Of a DNA stretch of 64,000 nt, positions 27,201 to 40,906 are shown piece after piece. The position numbers were made by a program, and so were the translations under genes. The notes below the pieces were generated by a model. That model worked only from the letters and a program-made list of their open reading frames with translations. It did not search any database and was not told the origin of the DNA. The number at the start of each line of letters is the position of its first letter. The stretch's first letter is position 1. The stretch covers positions 496,001 through 560,000 of the forward strand of contig JBEWZL010000152.1 of assembly GCA_045837725.1 (NCBI GenBank), given 5' to 3'. This DNA is from Vermamoeba vermiformis (Eukaryota).

Positions 27201-30200
27201 TGCTGATTGGCGAGTACTGGCAAGTGCATTCAATGCAAGTGCTACTGCTGATCGAAGTAACTGCTTCGTCTTTGAACGAGGAGTTCGAAGCCTACATGCC
27301 TCAGATTACTCCGTACTTACTCGCCATTCTGAAAGAGCCCTCACATCAGCGACTTGTGAAAATCAAGGCTTTGCATTGCGTCGAGTTGTTAAGCAATTCC
27401 GGAGCATTCCAGAGCTTGATGAAGCAGCTCTACGTAATTATCCCTGCGATTACATCGCTATTCACAACGTCTGTTCCATTTGACGTGTCACATGAAGCAC
27501 TTGCAACGGTAGACAAATTAGTACAACGTGGAGACTTATCTCGATATACCTCTAGTATCGTGCAGCCGTTAACTCGAGTGCTAAGCAGCAGACCCGAGAG
27601 ACACGACATTGCCATGCAACTCTTGTGTTCATTAGCTGCTCAATCGCGACAGGCTTTCATCGTCTTCATTCCATCAATCAGAAACATCTTGAATCAACAT
27701 AACATCGTGCATATCGCTTACAACAAGCTAGAAGAGCGCCTCTTAGCAGGTGACATTGAAGACGAGGAACAATCGTCAGAGCTCAATCAACCTGAAGTCG
27801 ATGACGCTCCCAGAGAGTACAAGAAAAAGCTGAAGGTCAACGAGCAACTCTTGCGCAGGGCTTGGAACACATCATCGAAGTACACGGCAGAGGACTGGCA
27901 CGAGTGGTTCAAACGCTTCAGCGTCGAGCTGTTGCGTGAATCACCTTCACCTTCAGTGCGCTCGTGTATTGTTCTCTCCGACTACAATCCCATTGTACGA
28001 GAACTCTTCAACATTGCATTTCTGTCGTGTTGGACATCACTGTCGTCTGAAGACCGAGAAGAACTCATGTCACATCTGTTGAAAGTGTTTCACTCCGACA
28101 CAGTGCCAGGCGATGTTCTACAAACACTCCTTGACCTGGCAGAGTTCATGGAGGACAACAGCAATCCGCTACCGATTGACGTGGAGGTGTTGATTCATCT
28201 CACCGAACGCTGCCGTGCCTATGCCAAATCACTTCGCTACCTCGAGACTGAGATCAAAGCATCACCCAATGCTAACGTGATTGAACGTCTCATTGGTGTC
28301 CACAACAAGCTCGGATTGCCGGAGGCGTCTAACGGCATTCTCAAATTTGCACAACAAACATACGAAGTGCAACTCAAAGCTTCATGGTACGAGAGGCTTG
28401 GGCGTTGGGAGAAAGCTTTGGCACATATTGACGAGAACGACAGTTCGCTGGAGGCAACACTGACACGAGTGCGCTGTTTAAAGGCCCTCGGTGAGTGGCA
28501 AGAGCTATCGAAAGTCGATGCAGAAAGGATTGGCCACGATTTGAACAATCAACGCAGCAGACTATTGCACCAATGGCACTAGCAACATCATGGGCACTTC
28601 GAGACTGGGATGCAATGCGCAACTACGTTCAAGTACTTCCTGCAGCACATCTCGAAGGGGCGTTCTATCGCGCCGTATTCCACATTCACCAGAACGAGTT
28701 CCATGAAGCTCATAAACACATCAACATTGCGCGAAGTCTGTTAGGTCCAGAGCTGAAAGTGCTGCTGACTGAGAGCTATCAACGAGCGTACCACGTTCTT
28801 GTGCGCTTGCAGCAACTTACAGAGATGACAGAAGTGATTGACTACAAGCAAAACAGTGCGTGCATTGATAGACAGACTGCTCTGTTACACAACTGGACTG
28901 AGCGATTGAAGAGCTGCGAACGCGATCCTGATGTGTGGTATCAGATCTTATCCGTACGCTCGCTGGCTGTGGACGCGAACAAATACGCGGATGTGTGGCT
29001 CAAGTTCGCAGCGCTGTGTCGCAAAAACGATCGTCATCATCAGGCCCATGATGTGCTGCGTTCACTACTAGGCTGCGACCTCACTCTTGACGTGTCTGAA
29101 CAAACGCTACTTCAAGCCCCAAAGATTTCTCTTGCGTTTACAAAGCTTCTCTGGACCGAGGATAAGCGCCCTTTGGCCTTCAAATACTTGCAGCGGCTAG
29201 CTGTGAATTATCAAGGAGACTACAATCTGCAAGCACGCATGCTCGTCAAATTGGGACAGTGGCAGACCAGTCTTCAAGATGGACTGCGCGAAGACAACTT
29301 ATCGAGCGTGCTGGCAACATTCAAGGCTGCAACAGAACTTGATCCAGACTATCAACAAGGATGGCACGCTTGGGCCATGGTCAACTTTGATGCAATTGCT
29401 TACCACGAAAATCAGCTGGGCCACACAAAAGATGCCAAAGCAGTCGCTGACAGCATCAAAGCACACCTCGTGCCCGCTGTCACAAGTTTTTTCCGTGCAA
29501 TTTCACTGAGTCAAGGCAACGCGTTGCAAGACACGCTACGTCTCCTGACACTCTGGTTCAAATACGGTGCCAGCAAAGAAGTCGAGAATGCTCTGCTCGA
29601 AGGATTCGACATGTGTCCGATTGAGACTTGGCTGCAAGTGATACCTCAACTCATAGCTCGCGTGCACTCCCCTGTCGAAGCTGTTAGACGTCTGTTGCAC
29701 GATTTGATTGTTCGGTTAGGGCGTGAGCATCCTCAAGCGCTCGTGTTCCCTCTCACGGTGGCCAACAAGTCACCCAGTCAGCAACGAGTGCTTGCGGCTC
29801 GTGAAATTATAGAACGAATGCGTGTTCAAAGTGCAAAGTTGCTAGACCAAGCACAACTCGTCAGCAACGAACTGATTCGCGTCGGATATTTGTGGCCAGA
29901 GATCTGTCTCGATTCGATCAGAGAGGCCCACATGTTGCTAGCAGTACAGGACGTTGATGGCGCGCTCGACGTGTTAGGGCAAATGCACGGTGAATTTCTG
30001 AATCCGAAGACGCATTTTGAAGTTGAGTTCTTGCAGGAGTATGGTCAAGCGTTGGATCAAGCATTGGCGTGGTGTCAAGTAAGTGTTGACTTTTCATCCT
30101 CCAATAAGCTCAACTAACAACCGGACAGAAATTTGCGAGTGAAGGTCACAGAAGTCACCTGAGCAATGCGTGGACTCTGTACAAGCGTGTTTACGACAGA

Positions 30201-31571
30201 ATCCACAAGAAATTGTTCCAAACATTCGACCTGAACCAAACGTCACCACAACTGTTCACAGCGCACGATTTGGAACTGGCAGTGCCGGGCAGTTATAAGC
30301 CACATCAATCTATCGTTACCATCGCCAAGTTTCAGTCGCAACTCCACGTGTTCCAGACTAAACAACGACCTCGCAAACTAGCGTTAATGGGCTCTAACGG
30401 CACCAAGCACAGCTATTTGTTAAAGAGCAGAGAAGACTTGCGATTGGACGAGCGAGTGATGCAGCTCATCAGGCTCGTCAACACGCTGTTGAAGGGCGGT
30501 CACAAGACACAGCACAAGAAGAGATCGATCAACACGAATAAGAACCTCTCGCACCTCTCCATTGCGTACTACGCTGTCGTGCCCCTCTCACCAGACAGTG
30601 GACTGATTGGCTGGGTGCCGCACTCGGACACATTCAATCAACTCATTCTGGACCACCGACAGGCACACAACATTTCAGCTTACGAAGAGCACCAATTCAT
30701 CTCTCAGCGTGGTCCTTACGACACATTGCCGCCTCAAGAAAAGTACGAGGTACTGAAGGAAACTTTCCAAAACTATTCGCCCCAAGACCTCGCACAACTC
30801 TTGTGGTCGAAGAGTCCTAGCAGCGAAGTGTGGCTCGAGCGCCGCACCAATTTTACTCGGTCACTCGCAGTCATGTCCATGGTCGGATATGTGCTCGGTC
30901 TCGGTGACAGACACTTGTCCAACATGATGCTCGACCGATACACCGGCCAAGTGATTCACATTGACTTTGGCGATTGCTTTGAAGTAGCCATGCAGCGCGA
31001 CAAATTCGCCGAGACTGTACCATTCCGATTGACACGGATGTTCGTGAATGCAATGGAAGTCAAAGGTCTCGAAGGCATTTACCGCGCCACAAGCGAGACT
31101 GTGATGACGTTGATGCGCGAACACAAAGAGTCGTTGATGGCGGTGCTGGAGGCCTTCGTGTACGATCCACTCATCAATTGGCGCTTGATGGACAACAGCA
31201 ACAAGTCGCGCAGTGAAGACCAACAGAGCGACGAATTCACACTCGATTCTAACGAGCACATCAACTCGCCCTTTTCGCTCGAAACATTTCCTGGTCACTC
31301 GCACGAGAGGCGGTCCAAGTCGCTCGATTTAGACTCTCCATCTGAAGACAACACACCCAAACAGAACAACAACATTGTGGCAGCACAAGTCGGGGCACTC
31401 AATCAACGCGCAGTCGCAGCCATCAATCGCGTAAATCAAAAGCTCTCTGGCCGTGACTTCGTTGAGAACACGACGCTGAATGTCTCCGATCAAGTGACAC
31501 GTCTCATTCAACAAGCGACTTCCCTCGACAACTTGTGCGTCATGTTCAGTGGCTGGTGTCCGTATTGGTAG
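24283..31571 (+). CDS. TOR: Target of rapamycin (TOR) kinase, divergent; two frameshifts in this assembly (~25855 and ~28511)
   Basis: HEAT N-terminus (DKIGGIIALEAL, RNPAYVLP.LR), FAT (LLRESPSP, LQDTLRLLTLWF), FRB, PIKK kinase (LLKSREDLRLDERVMQL, GLGDRHLSN, HIDFGDCFE), FATC (GWCPYW*). Only three introns seen: two at the 5' end and one at ~30079-30128. Confidence 0.93.
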
Positions 31572-31847
31572 AAGCGCTTGGGATAATAGAGGACTTGCAG
31601 TAAGAACTCCGGAGTTTTATCAAATCTGGTAAATCTTTTATCGACTGTTTCCTGCTTCAGATGACCAACAACGCAAAGTACGAATAAAGGAATATTCGGA
31701 TATTCGAATTTGCTGTGCCTCCCAACGGTTCCAGATTTGCCTCCCTCGCGGATTCAATTCCGAATCCCGTTCCGACAGTCGAAACTATAAAAAATCATCA
31801 TCTTTGCTAAATTATTTCAACAACAAGAGCAGCAACACAATTAGACA

Positions 31848-32936
31848 ATGTCAAGTAAACCTTTAGCTTTAGTTACCGGGGCATCTGGTCAAACAGGATC
31901 TACTGGCTATTACGCAGCCAAAGAATTGGTAGCACGCGGCTACAGAGTGCGTGCATTCGTTCGCAACATCGATCACCGAACCGCTCGCTTGGAAGCATTA
32001 GGCGATGTTGAGATCTTTAAAGGCGATCTGCTCGATTACGAGTCAGTCAGACAAGCGGTGAAGGTATGCGATTTTTACAATAAAATTCGTAACTAACCAG
32101 TCTACACAGGGTGTGAAGCGCATCTACTTTTGCTTCCCCGTGCACGACGGTCTACTGAAAGCGACAACTTACATGGCCAAAGCAGCGAAGGAAGAAGGCG
32201 TGAAAGGACTGGTCAACATGTCGCAAGCTTCTACTCTCGACGTAAGGGCTCAGATTGTGCTGCATTGACTGGTTGACTAACTTTGGTACAGAAAGCAACG
32301 AAATACAGCCTGGCGACTCAAGGCCACTGGTGTTCGGAAGAGATCTTCAACTGGGCAGACATTGGTGCTATTCACATCAACCCCTACTACTTCATGGAGA
32401 ACTACCTTATCTTCCCCGGGCCAGCCCTGCAACGAGAAAGCACGGTCTATGTACCTTATGACCCGAAGATGAAGCACGTAAGTTGCTTGATTTCGTGCAA
32501 AAATACTCGTTCTAACGATTCAAACCAGCACCCAGTCGCAGCTGAAGACCTTGGCCTGGTGATTGCCAAGCTCTTGATCGCACCCGAAGCCTATTACGGC
32601 AAGCGAATTCCTTTACTCGGTCCCAACAGAGGCTCTTGGAAAGAACACTTCGAAGTGGCGTCGAAGGTTATCGGCAAGCAGATCAAGTATGTCTTCGTGC
32701 CCGAAGAAGCTTGGGCCAAAGGGTCGGAAGGACACATTCCGGAGTACACCGTCAAGCACTTGTGTGGCATGGCGCGCAACTACAACGCTGGTGGCATGGA
32801 CTGGGACCCTTCGCTCTCACGACTTGATGAGTTCATTCCGCGCGAACAGCAGACGACTATCGAACAGTTCTTTGAGAACAACAAAGAGATGCTTGGAAAG
32901 CTAGGCTTGAAAGTCATTTACAACCTCGACGAGTAA
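31848..32936 (+). CDS. NmrA-like atypical short-chain dehydrogenase / NAD(P)H-binding protein
   Basis: LVTGASGQTGSTG Rossmann motif, VRAFVR, GDLLD, FMENY, PVAAEDLG. Confidence 0.88.
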
Positions 32937-33029
32937 GGCTCTGTCACTCAAGACAAGACAAACCACTTCAGTGGTCTGTTAATCAGACAGAATCGTTAAA
33001 GTACATCGTTTATTCTATACATCGTGTTG

Positions 33030-35883
33030 TTACTTCTTCACTCGTGGTAGTACAGGTGGGGGTGGCATACCGTTGGGCGGTGGAGTGGCTTGGCTGACAT
33101 TGGGTGGTAGTGGCGGAGGATATTGTGGAGGCATGGTTAAGCGCGGTGAGATTTGCGGCGAGTGTCCTGGCGAGGGTGAAGGTGAGCGCGGTGGTGGCAG
33201 TGGTGGTGCAGTGGCCTCCATAGCACCTTTGGAATTGGCGCGTAGAACGAGTGGTGGGGGAGGTGGTGGCAGCTTGGATGGTGCGACTGGTGCCATTTTA
33301 GGTATGCTGGGCACACTCGGCAGTGGCCGCGGTGACAGTGTGGACGACATCACTTGCAAGCTGCGCGGTGACTCAATGGTCTCGTTGCTCGAGGAACGAC
33401 TGTTGCGACCCACTGACTCGTTGCTGTTGCGTCGCAGTTCAGTGGTCTGATTGCTCGGTGTGCGGCGATGCGTTAGTTCCGCGGTACTTCTGCGCGGACT
33501 GGCCGAGTCTTGGTGCAGCGATCGGACTTGCAGCTGTGGTGCTGGATCGACTGACTTGGGTCCGTCACCGGCCAAATTGAGTTTGGGGAACGATTTGGCC
33601 AGGTTAGCGCCAATCGAGTCCCGTACCGCCGTCGGCACCACGATTTTAATGCGATTAGAATCGACTTCGAGCATCAATTTCTACCGGACAAGCGTTAATT
33701 TTTTCTGTCACATCACGAGACAAAATAAATTTAGGCTTACCTTGAATAATTCCACACTGATCTTTCCATACGCCAAAATTGACGCTAATCGCGTCTTGAT
33801 AGTTTCGAACAGTGCGTTAAATTGCATGTAAGTCGCGTTCTGTTTGTGCCACTCGACATCGAGCTTTTCAAATATGATGCAGTACATGTTGAGCAAGCCA
33901 TTGGGCTCGAATATCATCGGATACACCTTGTCTGCCGTTGTGAACACATTTCCCATCAAATTTGTAATGTTGATGCCCGCCGTGGCGACTGTGCACGGGT
34001 CCAAGTTAGCACTAGTGACACTTTGACACGCGAGAGTTCATACGTACCAGGATACTGTCGCTCAACAGGCAGCGTGTTCTGCTCCGCTAAGATCTTCTTG
34101 AAGTTGTTCGGATAGGTCTCTGCGAAGTACACCAAGTGCTCCAAACCCAACAGACCCGCTGCGCGCAGATCTGAAATTGGATTCTTGCCTTGAAATCCCA
34201 AGTCAATCCACTTGGCACTGTTGAGGCCTGGAAACTCTTGGTCACTATTTACAGCTTTCCACAGCCTCTGAATCAGTGCGAGATGTGTCTCGTCTTTTTC
34301 ATCGAATGCGACTGACTTGTGTTGAATCAAATATGACACGTAAAGACACTATTGACATGTTAATACCATTGCTGCACTAATGTACTGCGTTCAATGCCTT
34401 ACTTGAAATTTGACAATTTCTTCTTTCAAAAATGCATTGTGATCGATATCAGCTTGTTTCTACAACAGAAATTAGGACTCTATAATTATATATTACACTA
34501 CACGACGTACCTGCACGACTTGTATCACATCTAAGCTCTCAAAAATGTATCGCTCGAACTCCGCAATGTCCTCTTCGGGTGAAAGGTTCGCGTGACTGTT
34601 GGGCTGATCTGTGGCCAGTTCGATCGATTTGAATTGTCTTCGCATGGTAGCCTTTGAGTTGCTTGTGTTCACAAACACTTCTTCTCGAATAGCGCGCAAG
34701 AAACTATTCAGAAAATTGAGCGTAGCGACTTGAATACCAATGTCGCTACTCGTCAAAAATGAAATTACTTGCGGCCAGTTCATTTGCCATTTTCGGCTAA
34801 AAATATTAAATTAGAATTACGAGGGTCGTTACTAAGAGTCAATATTACGTACCTGACTAAGAACAATATGGCGCTCATATCGTGTATTTTGGATCCGAGC
34901 AACAAAGCCAAAAACTGCATTGCTGGCCGTGCGACATTAATGTTTCCGTCCTTGACAATCTCAAATACTTTTTTCATGAGGTTGGATCTGCATTTGAGCA
35001 GTGAGACACGCGTATTTAGTTGTGTGTTATGAATTATTGAAATCTCGCATGAAAATTAGACCGCGAGCTGTGCGTAAACTTGATTATAATAATAAATTGA
35101 ATGTTATTGTCGTGCACGATAGAGTAAATTAAGAGTATTAAGCACGATCCGGGAGTACCAAATTTTTTGTTTGGATAAATAATGTGATTACCTGACAGCT
35201 GGAAATTTATTGTTGGAATTCATGAGGGTAACTAAGGCATTGAGTGTATATGCGAGTGTATTTCCAACTTTAAGCTTTTCAACGGTGTCGATCAGCCGCA
35301 CGGTTCCATTTTGCTTAATAAACAAGGTTGCGTAATCGTTATTCTGAAAATTATCGTTACAAATTAATACTAAGTTGAAAAAGTACTTTTAAAAATGATA
35401 GTACGGGCACGAATAATGCCAAATTTAGATCGTTAATTCGGTGGATTTGCTTGTTAATTTAATAAAACAACTCACCTTTAAACCTTCCACTAACTCAAAT
35501 ACTGCGCGCTTTAGTGTAGTTTGATTATCCGAATCCAAATCACGTATTTTTTGCAGCACATCCTTCAAGCTTGCGTTATCCTTCAATTTGTGCGGATGAA
35601 CCACCAACGTCAGTTTAGGATTTTTTGTGAGAGTATCTGGTGTGGCAGTCTGTAAATATTACGTAATTAATAATTATTACGGTTAATTAATTTGTTGCAT
35701 CCGTACCTCTTCTTTCAATATTGTGCCATCTGGTAATGATAGGGCGTAGATCGCGGGAATTCCGACCAATTTTGAAACTCCGCTGCATATTGTGTTAATA
35801 TTCTGCTCTAAACCAATACCGCAATCATAAGTGTGCGGTATTTCGGCAGTTTCCGTTTGGATGCTAACAGCGATCTTCGCCAT
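33030..35883 (-). CDS. ELMO/CED-12 domain protein with armadillo-like N-terminus and proline-rich C-terminus
   Basis: WIDLGFQGKNPISDLRAAGLLGLEHLVYFA, YP..TAGINIT, W....ATYMQFN; poly-Pro tail. Confidence 0.88.
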
Positions 35884-36195
35884 GTATTTGTTATTTTTCA
35901 ATTATTTGAATATGTGATATTTCCCATTATTAATACGAGTTGTGTTTGTTATATACAAGCTGTAATTTTTTGCACGAATCTTTTTCTCTCGGGTTAATCT
36001 CAACCGCAATGCTAAAGAATTCCCTCATGATTAGAATTCAAGCAAAAGCTCCACAATGCCACTGCAGAAACACTAGAGTGGGCTGTGAAATTCGGCTGGC
36101 CTTAATTTCATAGTGTACAACGGATATCCAATACTGATCTTGATTTACTAATTACACTGGCGTTTGTACATTTCTTATTGACATTACAGACTCTA

Positions 36196-38720
36196 TTAGA
36201 CATCAAATACAGCGGTTCGTTTCAAGTCGTCATACTTCTCCAATTGGTGCGTGAAGTAACGAACTTGGTAAGATCCGCTTTGCTCGGGCACATTCAGCAA
36301 CATCCAGTTCTGCTTGGGATCGATGTACTTGAAAGTGACGTATTGTTTGTTGTTCTCTTCGCCAGCCTTGTAGATACCGATCCAGTCTGAGGCAGTGGAC
36401 TTGACGGACAACAACTCCCAAGTTACCTTGAGTGCAGTGCCCTCAATGCTGACAGTCAACTTGTCCTTGTCTTCAATCTCAAACGCCTTGTTCATCACCA
36501 CTGAACCCGCGCTCTTGCTGTAGTACTTGAGCTCGTACTTGCCAGGTCTCCAAGGGGCGTTGAATTGCAATTGACCTTCCTTCAAGTCAACGTACTTGTA
36601 CTCCTGGTAGTCGTTGTGACCGGCACGGTAGACACCGATCCAATCAGAGGCAGAGGGAACTTCTGACTGCAAATCGTACTTGACAGTCAAGGTCGTGGCG
36701 ACTTGTTGCTCGTTCTTTACGAGGTCAAGGTCCAACTTGTTCTTGTTGAGAATGAGAATCACATTGCTTCGTGCAGTCGAGTTATAACCAGCTCCGTAAG
36801 GGAAGTAACGGAATTCATATTGACCTGGCTTGCGAGGAGCGTCAATCTCAAAGGAGGTCTTGTCCTTGGGCACGTAGGCCGAGTGCAAGTATTGACGGTT
36901 AGGACTGTCTTGGACGAAGAAACCAATCCAATCGTTCTTGGTCAGCTCACCAGACTTGACCAACCAGTTGACCTTCAGCTTGTTGCCATTTTGGGTGGCA
37001 ATCAAGTGCACTTCGGGACCCAACAAAAAGACGCTGCTCTTGGCAATCATCATGTTGCTCTGCGTGAAGTAGCGGAACTCGAACAAACCGGGCGATGAAG
37101 GTACGGGAACTTGGTCGTTGCCCAGCTTCTTGCCACCAGTCTTAATGTAGCTCTTGTACTTCTTGTTGCGAGCATTGAAGCGGTACAGGCCAATCCAATC
37201 GCTGTTGGTAGGTTGGATGTTTTTGTCGTTCACGTTCCACGAGACCGCAAGAACGGTCTTGCTGGACTGATCGACCTTGATAGTGCAAACTATAACGCAA
37301 TTAATTTATGAATTGGCGTCGACGAGTATATGCTAGTACTTACGCTTGTCTTGCTCTTCCTTATTCAAGCGCGAGTTCTCCAAGTCCTCGCCCTCTTCTT
37401 CCTCGTCACCAGTGCTGCTGCCTTGCTCGACAACTTGCAGAGTCGAGGTCCTTAGCGAGCTTGTTGCGCTCAACCTCTTCCATCTTGCGCTGCTCTTCTT
37501 GTTCCTGGCGAATACGTTCCTCGAGTGCCAATCTGTTGGCTTTTTCCTTCTCTTGACGCTCAATCTCTTCTTGAGCCTTGCGTGCAGCTTCTTGTTTCTT
37601 CTTTTCTTCTTCTTTAAGCTTCTCTTCTTGAAGACGCTCGTTCTCCAGTCTCATTTCTTCAAGTTTGCGCTCCATTTCCTCGCGCTCTTGTTGTTCACGT
37701 TCGAGTCTTTCAGCCTCTTCCTTTTGTTTGCGCAACAACTCTAAGCGAGCACGTTCCTCGGCTTCTTGTTTAGCCAGCAATTGAGCGAGTTGCTTCTCCT
37801 TTTCCACGAGCAACTTTTGTTGTTCTTGTTTGAGTCTCAATTCTTCAATCTTCTGAAGTCTGAGTCTCTTTTCTTCTTCTTCAGGATCAACAGCAGGCTT
37901 CTGAGGCGCGACGGGCTGCTTGGGAGGCACTGCAGGCCACTTGGGCGGCTCTTGGACAGGCACAGGCTTGGGTCCAACAGGCTGGTTTGGTTGACGAGGG
38001 TGCTCGACGACCACGGGCTTCTTTTGGTTGGCATGTTGACGAATTTGGTTCACAGCTTCAGGGTCAGAACCAATGTCGAGCAAAGTCTCAGCTGTGCGTT
38101 CGACATCACCCTTGTTTTGTTGGTAGACGGTGGAAATTACAGATTCAGTCAAGTCTGCTTGTCCACGGAACATGCCCTTGATGGTGTTGATGTCACGTCG
38201 TTGTTCATCGAAAGGGTTTCCTTGCTGAGGTAGTTTAGGCTGCACTGGGACTAAAAAAAGACTCGATCAGAAAATTGAAGAATTGTTTCAGAAAAGAAAA
38301 TCGGAAATTGAAAGAATAAATTTAGGTAGCGAACGTATATGAAATAGTGTGAATGCCGAACACTATTAAAACAGCAGCTTAAATTTCAAGAGGCAATCGA
38401 AAGAATTTTCGGTGGATGCAAGCGTGAATTACAAACAGCTTGATTATCAACAATTAAAATATCATGAATTATGCAAACGGGGATGATAATAATTATCATT
38501 ATTTCGAAAAATGCAAGAAAACGAGTTATGACGTGGATTTACCTTGTTGCTGTTTTGGCTTTACGCCAGTTACGTCGTTCGTCATATTGAGCAAAATATC
38601 AACAGTACTGTCATAATCGCCATTTTCAGCATCGAGAATGTTGCCAATGACTGACTTCGTGAGATCCGTTCCTTTGCCGAATTGCTCGAACAAAGCGTTC
38701 ACTTTCTGCTCTTTATTCAT
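36196..38720 (-). CDS. Protein with two CUE-like domains, Pro-rich region, long coiled coil and four SKICH-like (DWIG) repeats
   Basis: Two related helical units (LTKSVIGNILDAENGDYDSTVDILL; MF...LTESVISTVYQQNKGDVERTAETLL), an E/K/Q-rich coil, and four repeats of DWIGxY/F...P..PG.YExRY. Confidence 0.72.
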
Positions 38721-38968
38721 GTTGGTTGCTTGTGCAGTGAACTGTGTTTGACTATGTAAAAATAAAAGAACCTGGTGCGCAAGTGTTTTTCGCGTCCCAT
38801 AATTTGAAGAACGCCCGACACTCAGAAATTTCAGGTGTTTCTGTGGTTCCCGGACAGTCCCCGGAGAAGGGAGTTGAATATTTACTATTAATTTAAAGTT
38901 AGCACTACTGCAAGTGCCTAACATACTTATACAGCAGCGACAATTGAAGGTAGATCCTTACCAAACTA

Positions 38969-40720
38969 ATGGGTTTCGCCAAATTAGGAACGCTTATAAT
39001 TTTTGCTCTATTGGCCATTGGCATATTTTATCTTGACGATACACTAGAACCGGGAACACGATCATTAATTACGGCACCAAAGCCGAAGAGTTTTTTAGAT
39101 GAATTTAATAGACCCGTGCTTCTGAGCCACCGTGGGTCAAGGTAAATATTGGATAATTATTACATTAACTTAATAAGGCTAAAATCAAAGCCTGCGTGCG
39201 GGCCCGATATTTGTATTATTAATTATTGCGATCAGGTATCTCGGACCCGAAAATACAATTTTTATGCATAAGACTGCACTCGATATCGGTACTGATGTCA
39301 TGGAATTTGGTAAGTGCTTTATTCCCATTAAATTTCTTGGTTCTGACCAAATTTCTCTGCAGATGTACGTTTAACTAAAGACAATCAACTGGTAGTATTC
39401 CACGATTCTACCGTTGATAGGTACGCAGTTTATCTATCTGTCTAGCTATTTATATTAAAATCAACATTCAGAACGACGAATGCTATTGGTTTGGTTAAAG
39501 ACTTCACTTTGGAGGTACAACACGCTTGATTTTGTTTCAAACTTCATCACGATTGCTTAATAACGCTGCAGGAACTGCGCAGTCTCGACCTCGGCTTCAG
39601 ATACACTCCGAACTTGAACGTAAACAGCACCTCGTTGAAGCACAATGATCACGAAATGGACGCTCACGAGAAGAAGATATTTGATCCCAGCACTTACATC
39701 GATGAAGAAGGCGCCGATGTGAAGAAAAGTCATCCGTATAGAGGTCTTGGAATCAAAATCTCAACGCTTGACGAGTTCTTGGACGCTTTGCCCGAGCCAT
39801 TCAAAAACATCGAGGCTGGTTAAGTGTCATTAAGTCGTCGATTGTGGAGCTAATTGTACTTCTAAACAGATCAAGGACGAGAACAATTTGTCAGCAGAGC
39901 TACTTTGGAAGGCTATTGAGAAGCGTCCGGGCCAATCAGCCAAAATGGTCGTCATCAGCAGGTAAATTTTCACCAAATAACAATAGCGCATTAAGATACC
40001 GACTGGATCTAGATTCTGCTCGGTATTGCAACACTTTAGAGTCGTTTCGAACAACAAAGTAGCGACTGCTGTAAGTCATTAATGTCCTACTCGTGGAAGT
40101 ACGTTGACCTAACCCTTGAATAGGCTTGTGAAGGCGAAGTGGTTCCTATTGTAATCGCAGCTAAGGCGCACGTGTCGAATATTATGTTCACTTGGTTTAA
40201 GAGCATTCCTCACGCCCTCACTGTGCTTCAAATCCCCACCGAGTCAGGTGGTATCATTCTCGACACTCCTGAAGTGATTGCTTCCATCCACAAGCTTGGA
40301 TTGAAGGTATTGATATAATATATAATACATAATTGTAGCGTTTTAATTGTGATTCAGGTGCACTATTGGGTTGTGAATGACGCTGCAGCCATGAAGCGTA
40401 TTTTGAGCAGTGGGGCTGACGGCATTATCACCGACAGAATCGATCTTGCAGTGCAAGTAGCCAATGAGCTCGGCATTATTAATAGACCCAGCAAAGTTCC
40501 GCAAAGTTCAATCAACACTACCAATGCCTATTTCGTACCGTCGCTGAACCCCGAAGAAGTGCACCACTGCATCAGTGCGTTGTGCCTGCTGATTCAAAAC
40601 TTCCAGTATATTGCAGGTGCTATTGTCGTGGTAATGCTCTATTTTTCAACAAGAAAGAGCTCGCCGCCAAAGAAGCCGCCAACACAAAACAAAAATGCGA
40701 AACCAAAGAAAGTCAAATAA
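38969..40720 (+). CDS. Glycerophosphodiester phosphodiesterase (GDPD) family, membrane-anchored
   Basis: SHRGS..PENT, MEFDVRLTKDNQLVVFHD..VDRTT, VHYWVVND, GADGIITDR; hydrophobic N- and C-terminal segments. Confidence 0.92.
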
Positions 40721-40906
40721 ACGTGAGTAGATTTTTAAAGCTCGTCAATTTGACCGTGCAGCATTCTATTTAATGAGAAGTATTAAATGTCAGTTGGTCT
40801 AAAAATGGATCCAGCCAGATTTTTTGGGTGATTTGAAAAAAACCGCTGCTACTTCTGCAACATTCCTTATCTACAATCCAACATAGTAACATACGTCTAC
40901 TTCAAT

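Noticed and set aside
23155-28520. Euplotes-style programmed +1 frameshifting or an alternative genetic code
   Set aside because: The sites are not AAA-stop, the shift directions differ, and TAA, TAG and TGA all act as normal stops in other genes.
32419-32429. GGCCAGCCCTG, the reverse complement of the putative terminus at 56161
   Set aside because: Lies inside the NmrA coding exon 24 kb away and faces outward; an 11-bp chance match.
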